From Cyanobacteria bacterium P01_A01_bin.123 (GTDB taxonomy: Bacteria; Cyanobacteriota; Cyanobacteriia; Phormidesmidales; Phormidesmidaceae), in assembly GCA_039815185.1 (NCBI GenBank), contig JBCBZT010000009.1, forward strand, positions 128,001 to 192,000: a DNA stretch of 64,000 bases, read 5' to 3'. The first letter of the stretch is position 1. The number at the start of each line of letters is the position of its first letter. Below the pieces are notes generated by a model. That model did not search any database and had not been told where the DNA came from. It saw only the letters and a list, made by a program, of their open reading frames with translations. Below are positions 19,933 to 30,456 of the stretch, piece after piece. Made by a program: the position numbers and the translations under genes.

Positions 19933-22900
19933 ATGGCACAGATCGTTCTGATTGCTGGATTTGAAGCCTTTAACACCGAGCTATACCGGGAAGCAACGAA
20001 GCTTGCTATGGCCCGTTGCCCAGGGCTGGAAGTTCAGGTGTTTTGCGATCGCGATATTACTATCCAACCTGATGCTATCGCTTCTGCTTTAGCCACCGCC
20101 GACGTCTTCTTTGCCAGCTTGATTTTTGACTACGACCAAGTCCTATGGCTTAAAGAACGGGTGGCCGATATTCCAGTGCGGCTGATTTTTGAGTCTGCTT
20201 TGGAACTGATGGCCCTAACCTGCCTGGGCAAATTCACCATCGGCGAAAAGCCTAAAGGCATGCCCAAGCCGATCAAGTTTATCCTCAGCAAATTTGGCAG
20301 CGGCAAAGAAGAAGACCGCCTCGCAGGCTACATCAGTTTTCTGAAAGTTGGCCCCAAGTTACTGAAATTCTTACCCGGTCGCAAACTTCAGGACCTGCGC
20401 AACTGGCTGATCATCTACGGCTACTGGAATGCAGGCGGAGCCGAGAACGTCGCTGCCATGCTGCAATACCTCGCGCAAGCGTATTTGGGGTTAACCGTCG
20501 GGGAAATTCCACCCGCAATTGAAACCCCCAACATCGGTTTGCTGCACCCAGACTATGACGGCTATTTTGAATCACCTCAGGCGTATTTGGATTGGTATGT
20601 CAGTCGGGAGTCAGAAAAGGCAGAAGGCAGAAGGCAGAAGGCAGAAACAATCCAAAATTCCTCCCCATTCCCCCATCCCCCCACCTCCCCATCTCTTCAA
20701 TACGCTCAGGACAAGCTCCTCCCCTCCCCTCCCGTCATCGGCATCCTCCTCTATCGTAAGCACGTCATCACCCGCCAACCCTATATCCCCCAACTAATCC
20801 GTCAGTTTGAACAAGCGGGACTCATCCCCTTACCGATTTTTATCAACGGTGTGGAAGGTCACGTGGCGGTACGAGATTTGATGACCACGGAGTATGAACA
20901 GGAGCAGCGGGCGAAGGGACAGATTGAGACCGCTTCCCTTTCCTCATCTGCAGTCAAAGTCGATGCGATCGTCTCTACCATTGGCTTTCCCCTGGTGGGT
21001 GGGCCAGCTGGGTCGATGGAGGCGGGGCGGCAGGTGGCGGTGGCAAAGCGTATCCTCAGCGCTAAAAATGTGCCTTACTTTGTTGCTGCACCGCTGCTGA
21101 TTCAAGATATTGCTTCTTGGACGCGCAAAGGCATAGGTGGACTGCAAAGCGTCGTGCTCTATGCCCTACCGGAACTCGATGGGGCGATCGATCCGGTGCC
21201 CCTGGGGGGACTGGTGGGGGACAAAATTTATCTGGTGCCCGAGCGGGTACAGCGGTTGACCAGTCGGGTAAAGCAGTGGGTTGAACTACGGCGGAAGCCG
21301 GTGAGCGATCGCAAAATTGCCCTGATTCTTTACGGCTTCCCCCCAGGCTACGGGGCAACTGGAACAGCCGCCTTGCTCAACGTGCCTCAATCTTTGATTT
21401 ATGTTTTGCAGGCGTTGAAAGCGGCTGGGTATACCGTCGGAGATTTGCCAGCAGACGGTGAGACCTTAATTGAAAAGGTCAAAGCTGCCGATGAAGCAAT
21501 CCCGGCCCAGATCCCTGGGTTCTTCGGAGAACCCAGGGATCTACAACCACCCGTCACGGTTTCCGTCAGAACCTTAGAAAAATGGCTGACCTATGTGCAG
21601 CGGCACCGCATGGAGAAGCAGTGGGGCAACTTTACCCGCACCGGGATTAAGACCTGGGGAGATGAGTTTTTGCTGGGGGGTGTGCAGCTGGGCAATGTCT
21701 GGATTGGGGTGCAGCCCCCTTTAGGCATTGCTGGAGATCCGATGCGGCTGATGTTTGAGCGAGATCTGACGCCCCATCCCCAGTATGCGGCCTTCTATGA
21801 GTGGCTCAAGCGAGATTTCCAAGCCGATGCGGTGGTACATTTTGGCATGCATGGCACGATGGAATGGTTACCGGGTTCACCCTTAGGCAATACGGGTTAC
21901 TGCTGGCCCGATGCCCTGTTGGGCAATACTCCCCACCTATACCTCTACGCCGCGAATAACCCTTCAGAATCCATGCTGGCGAAGCGGCGGGGCTATGGGG
22001 TGTTGATTTCTCACAATGTGCCGCCCTATGGACGAGCTGGACTATATAAAGAGCTGTTGACCCTGCGAGATTTGATCGCAGAGTATCGGGAAGACCCCCA
22101 GAAAAATGCAGTCCTGCGGGATGCGATTTTGAAAGCGATCGCGGATTCTGGTCTCGATGCCGACTGTCCGTTTACTGAAGCCCAAAAGCTCGGCATTGAG
22201 TTCACGCCCGAAAATGCTCGCATGTTTAGCCCGGAGGTGTTCAACCACTACATTGTCGATCTGTATGACTATCTGCAAGTGCTAGAAACACGGCTGTTTT
22301 CCAGCGGCTTGCATGTCTTGGGTCAAGCACCGACGATAGACCAATTGCAAAGTTATCTAGCGGCATATTTTGGGGAGGGGTTAAAGGGTGAGGTCGTAGA
22401 GGCGATCGCGCGAGCAGAGGAGCGGGGGAGTGGGCTTCGACGTGAGCTCAGCCGAACGGGAGTGGGGGGAGAGATTGCTGACTCTGCTTATGATCCTTTT
22501 GCCGATCATGAGGCTGCTGCCAAAACCATCCTCCAGCGGTTCTATGGGCGAGAAACAGACAAGACTCAGCTAGCGCAGATTCAAGGGCGGATTATAGAGG
22601 CTTTGAGCATTTGCGATCGCTTGGCCCAAACCCCCGACGAAATTACAAATCTGCTGCGAGGACTCAATGGCGAGTACATTCCGCCCGCGCCGGGGGGCGA
22701 TTTGTTGCGGGATGGGCCGGGAGTACTTCCCACGGGGCGTAATATTCATGCCTTAGATCCCTACCGGATGCCGTCTCCGGCAGCGAATGCGCGGGGACGA
22801 GAAATTGCCCGTAAAATCATGGCTCAGCATCTGGCAGAACAGGACGCTTACCCGGAAACGGTGGCCGTGATGCTATGGGGGCTAGATGCGATTAAGACCA

Positions 22901-23913
22901 AGGGAGAATCGCTGGGAATTTTGCTGGAATTGGTCGGCGCAGAGGCTGTTAAGGAAGGGACCGGACGGATTGTCCGTTATGAACTGATTCCGTTAGAACA
23001 GCTGGGTCATCCCCGGATTGACGTACTGGGCAATTTATCTGGGATTTTTCGAGACAGTTTTGTCAATATCATCGAGTTGCTGGATGATTTATTCCAGCGG
23101 GCGGCGACAGCCGATGAACCCGAGGAGCAAAATTACATTCGCAAGCACGTGCTGGCATTACAGGCAGATGGGGTAGAAAATGCAGCGGCGCGTTTATTTT
23201 CTAATCCAGCGGGGGACTATGGTTCCCTCGTGAACGATCAGGTCGTGGATGGGAACTGGGAAAACAGTGCGGAATTGGGGGCGACCTGGCGCGATCGCAA
23301 CGGGTTTAGCTATGGCCGCAGCGATAAGGGGCAAGCCCGCCCCGAAATCCTCAAGACCCTACTGAGGAGTACCGATCGCATTGTGCAAGAAATCGATTCG
23401 GTCGAGTATGGACTGACCGACATTCAGGAATACTATGCCAACACCGGAGCGCTCAAACAAGCCGCAGAACAAGCCGGGGGAAAATCCGTAACCGCCAGCT
23501 TTGTAGAAAGTTTTTCGAAGGACACCACCCCCCGCAGGTTGGACGATCTGCTGCGTATGGAATATCGAACTAAGCTGCTCAACCCTAAGTGGGCTGAGGC
23601 AATGGCGGCCCAGGGCAGCGGCGGTGCCTATGAAATTTCCCAGCGAATGACGGCAATTATCGGTTGGACGGGCACGACGAATTTCCAAGATCAATGGGTC
23701 TATGACCAGGCCGCTCAAACCTATGCTTTAGATGCAACGATGGCTGAGCAGTTGCGCAAAGCAAACCCAGAAGCCTTTCGCAACATTGTGGGACGATTGA
23801 TTGAGGCTAATAGCCGGAATTTTTGGCACCCTGATGAAGAGACTGTGGAAAAACTACAGGCCCTCTATGATGAAGCTGACTTGACCTTAGAAGGCGTTGT
23901 CAGTCCTGGCTAG
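19933..23913 (+). CDS. bchH: Magnesium chelatase subunit H (BchH/ChlH-CobN family), second paralogue type
   Basis: HFGMHGTMEWLPG, YAANNPSESMLAKRR, VLPTGRNIHALDP, HPRIDV, RTKLLNPKW; start MAQIVL at 19933. Confidence 0.88.
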   Translation: MAQIVLIAGFEAFNTELYREATKLAMARCPGLEVQVFCDRDITIQPDAIASALATADVFFASLIFDYDQVLWLKERVADIPVRLIFESALELMALTCLGKFTIGEKPKGMPKPIKFILSKFGSGKEEDRLAGYISFLKVGPKLLKFLPGRKLQDLRNWLIIYGYWNAGGAENVAAMLQYLAQAYLGLTVGEIPPAIETPNIGLLHPDYDGYFESPQAYLDWYVSRESEKAEGRRQKAETIQNSSPFPHPPTSPSLQYAQDKLLPSPPVIGILLYRKHVITRQPYIPQLIRQFEQAGLIPLPIFINGVEGHVAVRDLMTTEYEQEQRAKGQIETASLSSSAVKVDAIVSTIGFPLVGGPAGSMEAGRQVAVAKRILSAKNVPYFVAAPLLIQDIASWTRKGIGGLQSVVLYALPELDGAIDPVPLGGLVGDKIYLVPERVQRLTSRVKQWVELRRKPVSDRKIALILYGFPPGYGATGTAALLNVPQSLIYVLQALKAAGYTVGDLPADGETLIEKVKAADEAIPAQIPGFFGEPRDLQPPVTVSVRTLEKWLTYVQRHRMEKQWGNFTRTGIKTWGDEFLLGGVQLGNVWIGVQPPLGIAGDPMRLMFERDLTPHPQYAAFYEWLKRDFQADAVVHFGMHGTMEWLPGSPLGNTGYCWPDALLGNTPHLYLYAANNPSESMLAKRRGYGVLISHNVPPYGRAGLYKELLTLRDLIAEYREDPQKNAVLRDAILKAIADSGLDADCPFTEAQKLGIEFTPENARMFSPEVFNHYIVDLYDYLQVLETRLFSSGLHVLGQAPTIDQLQSYLAAYFGEGLKGEVVEAIARAEERGSGLRRELSRTGVGGEIADSAYDPFADHEAAAKTILQRFYGRETDKTQLAQIQGRIIEALSICDRLAQTPDEITNLLRGLNGEYIPPAPGGDLLRDGPGVLPTGRNIHALDPYRMPSPAANARGREIARKIMAQHLAEQDAYPETVAVMLWGLDAIKTKGESLGILLELVGAEAVKEGTGRIVRYELIPLEQLGHPRIDVLGNLSGIFRDSFVNIIELLDDLFQRAATADEPEEQNYIRKHVLALQADGVENAAARLFSNPAGDYGSLVNDQVVDGNWENSAELGATWRDRNGFSYGRSDKGQARPEILKTLLRSTDRIVQEIDSVEYGLTDIQEYYANTGALKQAAEQAGGKSVTASFVESFSKDTTPRRLDDLLRMEYRTKLLNPKWAEAMAAQGSGGAYEISQRMTAIIGWTGTTNFQDQWVYDQAAQTYALDATMAEQLRKANPEAFRNIVGRLIEANSRNFWHPDEETVEKLQALYDEADLTLEGVVSPG
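20602..20733 (+). repeat. In-frame cluster of short tandem repeats plus a short dispersed repeat inside the chelatase gene
   Basis: (GGCAGAA)x4 at 20619-20646, CCCCAT-type repeats, CTTCAATACGCTCAGGACAAG at 20695-20715. Confidence 0.8.
22426..22466 (+). repeat. 23-nt palindromic short dispersed repeat flanked by GGGAGTGGG direct repeats, inside the chelatase gene
   Basis: GGGAGTGGG-CTTCGACGTGAGCTCAGCCGAAC-GGGAGTGGG. Confidence 0.65.
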
Positions 23914-25970
23914 CGAGCTAAAAAGTTAGTCTCAATTGCATCTGCGGCTAGCGGTTGTGAAAACAAGAATCCTTGACCTAATTGACATCCAAGCTGTTGT
24001 AGCTGTTGCAGTTGTTGGGGGACTTCAATGCCTTCTGCGATCGCGGTCAACCCAAGTTGACTGCTCAAAGCGATAATGGTGCTCACAACTTGGTGGTTTC
24101 GAGTTTTGGCCTGCATTTGCCCGACAAAAGATCGATCGATTTTCAAGTTGTGGACGGGTAAGCGGTGAAGATAATTGAGGGATGAATATCCCGTGCCAAA
24201 ATCATCAATGCTAATCTGAATACCTTTTGGTGCCAATTGAATCAATAAATCGATTGTCTGATCGATATCCTCAATCAACATGCTTTCAGTAATTTCTAAG
24301 GTAATTAGATTTCCTGCCAATTGGGTCTCAACCAATATCCGGTTGATTTCTTCAACCAAATTGATATTTCGGAGATCTTGAGCAGAAAGATTGACGCTAA
24401 TTTTGAGCGGGTTTTGGTTTGGAAACTGATTTTGCCAACTGAGCATTTGTTGACATGCTCGGGAAAGAACCCAGTTGTCGAGGGCCATAATTAAGTTGGC
24501 TTCTTCGGCAACTGAGACGAATTCTCCAGGTAAAATTAGCCCCCGAGTTGGGTGTTGCCACCGTACCAAAGCCTCAAAACCAATGAGTTGATTCTTAGCT
24601 AAGTCAAAAATCGGTTGATAATGGACGATAAACTCTTCTTGATCGAACGCTCTTCTTAAATCTGTCTCTAAGGTAAGTCGTTGAAGCGCTTGGGCATGCA
24701 TTTCCGCTCCAAAAAATTTGTATGAGTTATGTGCTTTCGCCTTGGCTTGATACATCGCAATATCGGCATCACGGATTAAATCAGAAGCCTGTTGGTACTC
24801 CTTGCTGCCCATGACAATGCCAATGCTGAGACTCGTGAATATTTTATGATTACTGATGATCAAGGGTGTTTTAGAACCTGCCAAGATCCGTTCAGAAATC
24901 TGAATGACTTCTTCTGTGCTGCTAATATCTTCGAGCAAAATGACAAATTCATCACCGCCCAGCCGAGCGACTAAATCAATGTTGCGCAGATGGGTTTGTA
25001 GCCGTTGCGCGATCGCGATCAACAGCTGATCACCAATCAGGTGTCCTAAGCTATCATTGACGACTTTAAATCGATCTAGATCTAGAAATAGAACTGCATA
25101 GCGGTAGTTTCCAAAGCGCTGCACACGACGAATTGCCAGTTCAAGCCGTTCTTTTAACAGGGTTCGATTCGGTAACCCCGTTAATGGATCGTGAAGTGCA
25201 TTATAAATAATCTTGTTTTGAGCCTGTTTGAGGTCGCTAATATCCCGACAAACGCAAATTAATAATCCATCTTCTAAAAGGGTTAGCGACACGCCTTGGG
25301 GAAAGGTAGATCCATCCTTGCGCTGCGCGATCGCTTCGCCTTGCCAAGCGCGATCGCGTTCTAGCGCAGGTAAAACGTCTCGCTCAAATCGATCGACCTC
25401 TGCTGGGGAATACAAAACCCGCCAAGTCTTGCCTAAAATGTCTTCAGAGCAGTCATAGCCAAACAGCCTGAGATGGGACTGATTGGCATAGAGATAGGTC
25501 TCGTCCTGCAAAATCCCAATCCCGTCAATGGCGGCCTCGATGGCAGCTTGTTGTCGTCTTAGCAAGACTTCAGCTCGCTTGCGTTCTAAGCGAACTTGAG
25601 CATCCCGTACTTCCCGCCGCACAGCCTCTGGCAACCGGGTTAGGTTATCCTTCATGAGATAATCATGGGCTCCTGCCTTCATCATCTCTACGGCCAAGCG
25701 CTCACCAATAGTGCCTGAGACTACGATGAAGGGAATGTCGAACTGGCTTTGTTGAACCAGTCTCAGCGCCGCCGGAGCATCAAAGCTAGGGAGGCGATAG
25801 TCTGAAACAATGACATCCCAAAGCTGGGTTGTGAGTAAAGCCTGTAGTGATTCAGCCGTTTGCACCCGTTCCCAAGTGACGGTAAAGCCATCCCGGCGCA
25901 GTTCCCGAAGCAGCAGCAACGCGTCATCTTCTGAATCTTCGATGATCAGAACCTTAAGCACTTCGCCCAT
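23910..25970 (-). CDS. Receiver-PAS-GGDEF-EAL diguanylate cyclase/phosphodiesterase
   Basis: IIEDSEDD/VSDY receiver, PAS, HDPLTGLPNR, RNID I-site + RLGGDEF, FEALVRW, DDFGTGYSS. Confidence 0.93.
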   Translation of the reverse strand: MGEVLKVLIIEDSEDDALLLLRELRRDGFTVTWERVQTAESLQALLTTQLWDVIVSDYRLPSFDAPAALRLVQQSQFDIPFIVVSGTIGERLAVEMMKAGAHDYLMKDNLTRLPEAVRREVRDAQVRLERKRAEVLLRRQQAAIEAAIDGIGILQDETYLYANQSHLRLFGYDCSEDILGKTWRVLYSPAEVDRFERDVLPALERDRAWQGEAIAQRKDGSTFPQGVSLTLLEDGLLICVCRDISDLKQAQNKIIYNALHDPLTGLPNRTLLKERLELAIRRVQRFGNYRYAVLFLDLDRFKVVNDSLGHLIGDQLLIAIAQRLQTHLRNIDLVARLGGDEFVILLEDISSTEEVIQISERILAGSKTPLIISNHKIFTSLSIGIVMGSKEYQQASDLIRDADIAMYQAKAKAHNSYKFFGAEMHAQALQRLTLETDLRRAFDQEEFIVHYQPIFDLAKNQLIGFEALVRWQHPTRGLILPGEFVSVAEEANLIMALDNWVLSRACQQMLSWQNQFPNQNPLKISVNLSAQDLRNINLVEEINRILVETQLAGNLITLEITESMLIEDIDQTIDLLIQLAPKGIQISIDDFGTGYSSLNYLHRLPVHNLKIDRSFVGQMQAKTRNHQVVSTIIALSSQLGLTAIAEGIEVPQQLQQLQQLGCQLGQGFLFSQPLAADAIETNFLAR

Positions 25971-25972
25971 GA

Positions 25973-26395
25973 TTACAGCTCTTCTGGCAGTGGTTCATTA
26001 ATGAGCACCCAATACAACCCTAATTGGGTAACAGCATGGGTAAATTGGTCAAAATCAACGGGTTTTCGCACATAACTATTAGCCCCCGAACTATAGCTTT
26101 CAATAATGTCACGCTCCTCGCTAGAAGATGTCAGCACAACTACGGGTAGCAGTCGTGTTTGGGGATTGGCTCTAATGCGTTGCAAGACTTCTAGACCATC
26201 AATCTTGGGTAGTTTGATATCCAACAACACCACACTCGGTAACGGATCCGCTGCAAATAGGACTGCCAGGGCTTCTTCGCCGTCACGGGCAACCTGAATG
26301 GGGTTGGTCAACTTGGCCCGTTTCAAAGCCCGAATAGTTAACCGTTCATCGTCGGGATTATCTTCAACTAGCAAGATTGGACGAGGAGATGCCAT
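25973..26395 (-). CDS. Single-domain response regulator (Rcp1-like)
   Basis: [33 protein letters not shown]. Confidence 0.92.
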   Translation of the reverse strand: MASPRPILLVEDNPDDERLTIRALKRAKLTNPIQVARDGEEALAVLFAADPLPSVVLLDIKLPKIDGLEVLQRIRANPQTRLLPVVVLTSSSEERDIIESYSSGANSYVRKPVDFDQFTHAVTQLGLYWVLINEPLPEEL

Positions 26396-26398
26396 GAC

Positions 26399-29300
26399 CT
26401 ATGCTCCTATTTTGCCGAACGTATATTGAGGAAGCGTGAAATAAAAGGTCGCCCCCTGCTCGACAACACCCTCTGCCCAAACCCTGCCCCCGTGACGATG
26501 AATGGCCCGTTGAACAGTTGCTAGGCCAATTCCTGTGCCTGGGAATTCGTGGATCCCGTGGAGTCTTTGGAAGACGCCAAAGAGCATTTTGGCATAGGCC
26601 ATATCAAAGCCTGCGCCGTCGTCTCGGACAAAGTAAGTGGATTGTCCGCCTTGATGAACCATGCCGAATTCAATGCGGGCTGTTGGGTGATGGCTGGTAA
26701 ATTTCCAGGCGTTTTGCAGCAGGTTAGTCATCATTACCCGCATCAGCGTCGCATCAGCCCAAACGGTTGCTTCTGGAGCAATAACAACATCAACGTGCCG
26801 CTCCGGTGACAAGGTTTGTAGTTCAGCCACTAGCTCATGGACTAAAGCCGTTAGGTCAACTTTGATATATCGAATTTCAGACCGAGACACCCGAGATAGG
26901 TTCAGCAGATCATCGATCAACATGCCCATCCGAGTCACGTTTTTGCGAATCCGATCGAAGTAATCTTGACCTTCTTCGTCAAAGGTTTCGCCATAGTCTT
27001 CGAGTAGGGCCTTGCTAAATCCGTCAATGGCGCGTAGCGGTGCTCGCAAATCATGGGAAACCGAGTAGGCAAAGGCTTCCAATTCTCGATTAGATGCCTC
27101 TAACTGGGCGGCGTACTGCTGAATTTGCGCTTCGGCTTGTTTGCGACTGGTAATGTCTGTGTGGGTGCCAATCACCCGTAGTGGCTGCCCTTCTGCGGCC
27201 CATTCGATCACTTGACCCCGATCAAGAATCCATTTATAGCTGCCATCTTTGCAGCGCAGGCGATGTTCGTTCTGGTAGATGATGGTTTCGCCCCTAAAGT
27301 GTTGATAGGTGTCGGCGTAGGCTTGAGCTTTATCGTCAGGATGGATGCGGCTGTCCCATTCGAATAAGCTATCGCCGATTTCATCTTCGGCATAACCCAG
27401 CATGGCTTTCCATTGTCGAGAGTAGAAAAGGGTGTTTGTCTGTAAGTTCCAGTCCCAAACGCCATCGCCCGAACCTTCTAGGGCAAATTGCCAACGGGCT
27501 TCGCTCTCTCGCAGGGCAGCTTCAGCTTCTTTTAGGTCGGTAATGTCACGACCCACTGCCTGGAATTCAATGAAATTACCACCGGGGTCAAACAGGGCGC
27601 GATCGCTCCACTGCTGCCAGCGAATCTTACCGTCGGGTGCAATGACTCGGTGCTCACAGGTGGCGACCGGATTATTCACAGACAGGCTACGGAAGGTTTG
27701 GAGTGGGATATCTTGATCTTCGTTGGGAATCAGCGGGGTAAAACTTTGACCTAGAAGGTCTTCGGGTGTCTTCTGGAAAAACTGGCAGTAGGCATCGTTA
27801 ACAAAGGTCAGGGTGCCGTTGGGCAAAAAGCGACAAATCAGTTCTGTTTGATCGGCAATGATGCCCTGATAGTAAGCGCGGCTGGCCTCAAGCGCGATTT
27901 CAGTTTCCTTATGCTGGCTGATATCAATGTGACATCCAACCATCCGTAGCGGATTACCGGCCTGATCCCATTCAATTACCTGCCCCGAACACAGCACCCA
28001 CACGGTTGAACTATCCTTGTGGCGATAGCGAACTTCGCTGGCGAAGGGAACTTTACCCCGACTTTGGACATGGCGGTTGAAACAGTCGAGTACCTTGGGT
28101 AAATCTTCTGGAAAGATCAGGTTTTGCCAACTATCAGGGGTATTAGGGAGTTCGTGGTCCTCGTAGCCGAACATCCGTTTAAAGCCAGGACTGAGGTACT
28201 CCGAATGATTGGGGATGTCCCAATCCCAATATCCGGCCAGCACATTGTCTAAAACCTGTTCGAGTAGGGTTAATTCTTGACGAATTTGTTCCGCCCGCGA
28301 TCGCTCGATTTCAGCTCGATTGCGTTCGGCTTCTAGTCGTTTGCGTTCGCTGATATCGCGGATCATAAAGAGGACTTCATCGTCGCTGCTTTTGATGATT
28401 CTGACTTCTTCATCTTGGATACGATCGCCGATTTGCAGTTGTTGTTCGTAAACTTGCAGCTCATTCGTCTGCAAGGCTTGCTGCACATATCGAAACTGTT
28501 CTTCGGCAAGCGCTTTGGGCAACACGTCAGCTAACGATTGACCTGGCAAATCATTTGCTTTGGGCACCGCCGCAGAGTCTCGATAGGGGCCCACAAATCC
28601 CCGATAGATGCCATCTGCACCCACACGAAACATCAGGTCAGGAATTGTCGCTAGGATCGCCTGACTTTGGGCTTCACTGTCCCGTAGCTCCAGTTCTGTT
28701 TGTCGATGCTGGGTGACATCAGCCGCCATTGAAATTACTGCCCGACGCCCGTCAGGTAGCAGACCTAATGGGGCAGAGCTAAACTGCCAGATCCGCTGTT
28801 CACCGTTTCGAGTCGTGATCATAAATTCCCCCTCATCCCAGCGAGATTTGAGGGCGTACTGCTTGGCCATGATGGTTTCGAGTACGCTAGCTGCGCGTTC
28901 ACCATAGGCCTGTTGTGTCCAATCTTGGAGGGTGGGAATATCCGAATGGGTATAGCCCGTTAGTTCAGTCCAAGTGCTGTTGATTTGCAACACTTCACCG
29001 TCTTCAGCATGGATCATAATCGGCAGCGGCGCGTTGGCGATCGCCTGCCGGAAGCGCTGTTCACTTTCAAGCAAACGGTTTTCAGCTTGTTTGCGATCGC
29101 TGATATCTCGCACTAGGGTGAGCACCTCGTCGTCGCCGTAGGGCACTATCCGGACTTCTTCAATCTGGATGCTGCCGTCTACAGAGAGGTCTTGTTCACA
29201 GATCTCGATGGTGTTGGTTTGCAAGGCTCGTTGAATTGTGGCTACGCGCTGTCGGGCAACCGCCGGGGGCAGGCTTTTAGATATGTGGACGCCGACAAAA

Positions 29301-30298
29301 TCTGCGGGGCTACCGCCTACGAGCGGAAAGTTGGGGGCAGAGATAAATTCTAGGCAAACACCTTCTCGGTTGACGCGGGTGATCAGGTCAGGGATGGCCC
29401 TAATTAAAGCCTGCTGATGGGCTTCGCTTTGTTGGAGAGCGGCTTCTGATCGTTTACGATCGCTGATGTCAGTGATCGTTCCGATGTAACCGGTAATTTG
29501 CCCCTCAGCGTTGCGTTCGGCAACGGACTGCGTGTAGACCCACCGCACCCCACCGTCAGAATGTTGAAACCGATATTCAAGTTGGAAGGGAGTATTCTCG
29601 CTAACCGATGCTTTCCATGCTGCGATCACTCGGAGACGATCATCAGGATGAATCGCGCTTTGCCACTGATTTCCCAAGGCAACTTCTGGTGGGAAACCGC
29701 AAATCTGACAGCAGCGGTCGTTGATATAGACACAGTTGCCTGCTGGGTCGTGGCGAAAAATTCCCACCGGGATTGCTGCCAAGGAGAGATTGCTGGGTTC
29801 ATTAGGTGTTATCTGGTTCCAGCGTTCTGCAGCATTGCACACGGAAAGCAAACTATCCTGCGTGACCAGACCCGCTAAGCCGTCTTGATCGTCCAAGATG
29901 GGCAAATGGTGAACGTGGTGGCTTTGCAGTAAACCAATGGCTGCAAATAGATCGATGAAGGCTGACTCCCTTAGCGTGGTCACATTTCGGCTCATGACCT
30001 GTCGCATAATCAGGGGAGTTTCCCCCGACGACGCGGGCGAGATCAAGCGCCGTTGCTGGGCAACTAGGCATACAACATCTTGGGCCGTCAAAATGCCAGT
30101 CAATCGGTTGCCCTCGACCACCAGCACGCAGCTCGAACGCGTGTCTAGGGGGGCTTCATTTCCTGGCCCGGCTGATTGCCCGTTAGCCATTAGCGCGATC
30201 GCCTCCATGACGGGGGTTTCTGGCGAAACGACTAGGGGATTGCGAACAATCGCAGCGGTTAGCGTAGGCGAGGTGACATGTGCGGCGTGAGTGGACAT
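26399..30298 (-). CDS. CBS pair + about 7 PAS/PAC domains + histidine kinase
   Basis: N-terminal CBS pair, repeated PAS/PAC (IHPDD...DISDRK), H-box SVSHDLRAPLRAI, NLLQNAWKF, DDGAGF, GTGIGLA. Confidence 0.93.
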   Translation of the reverse strand: MSTHAAHVTSPTLTAAIVRNPLVVSPETPVMEAIALMANGQSAGPGNEAPLDTRSSCVLVVEGNRLTGILTAQDVVCLVAQQRRLISPASSGETPLIMRQVMSRNVTTLRESAFIDLFAAIGLLQSHHVHHLPILDDQDGLAGLVTQDSLLSVCNAAERWNQITPNEPSNLSLAAIPVGIFRHDPAGNCVYINDRCCQICGFPPEVALGNQWQSAIHPDDRLRVIAAWKASVSENTPFQLEYRFQHSDGGVRWVYTQSVAERNAEGQITGYIGTITDISDRKRSEAALQQSEAHQQALIRAIPDLITRVNREGVCLEFISAPNFPLVGGSPADFVGVHISKSLPPAVARQRVATIQRALQTNTIEICEQDLSVDGSIQIEEVRIVPYGDDEVLTLVRDISDRKQAENRLLESEQRFRQAIANAPLPIMIHAEDGEVLQINSTWTELTGYTHSDIPTLQDWTQQAYGERAASVLETIMAKQYALKSRWDEGEFMITTRNGEQRIWQFSSAPLGLLPDGRRAVISMAADVTQHRQTELELRDSEAQSQAILATIPDLMFRVGADGIYRGFVGPYRDSAAVPKANDLPGQSLADVLPKALAEEQFRYVQQALQTNELQVYEQQLQIGDRIQDEEVRIIKSSDDEVLFMIRDISERKRLEAERNRAEIERSRAEQIRQELTLLEQVLDNVLAGYWDWDIPNHSEYLSPGFKRMFGYEDHELPNTPDSWQNLIFPEDLPKVLDCFNRHVQSRGKVPFASEVRYRHKDSSTVWVLCSGQVIEWDQAGNPLRMVGCHIDISQHKETEIALEASRAYYQGIIADQTELICRFLPNGTLTFVNDAYCQFFQKTPEDLLGQSFTPLIPNEDQDIPLQTFRSLSVNNPVATCEHRVIAPDGKIRWQQWSDRALFDPGGNFIEFQAVGRDITDLKEAEAALRESEARWQFALEGSGDGVWDWNLQTNTLFYSRQWKAMLGYAEDEIGDSLFEWDSRIHPDDKAQAYADTYQHFRGETIIYQNEHRLRCKDGSYKWILDRGQVIEWAAEGQPLRVIGTHTDITSRKQAEAQIQQYAAQLEASNRELEAFAYSVSHDLRAPLRAIDGFSKALLEDYGETFDEEGQDYFDRIRKNVTRMGMLIDDLLNLSRVSRSEIRYIKVDLTALVHELVAELQTLSPERHVDVVIAPEATVWADATLMRVMMTNLLQNAWKFTSHHPTARIEFGMVHQGGQSTYFVRDDGAGFDMAYAKMLFGVFQRLHGIHEFPGTGIGLATVQRAIHRHGGRVWAEGVVEQGATFYFTLPQYTFGKIGA

Positions 30299-30456
30299 GG
30301 ATTTCTAGTTTTAGAAACTGGAAAGTCTACTGAACCGAGTTGACAAGCTGATACAGGATCAAACTAATTTTTTCTGAAGCAATGCCCGTTTTGAGGCAAT
30401 GCATACTTTTTCTTCAAGATAAAAACTTAAGTCTTCGAATCTATCGAGTTGGTGCC

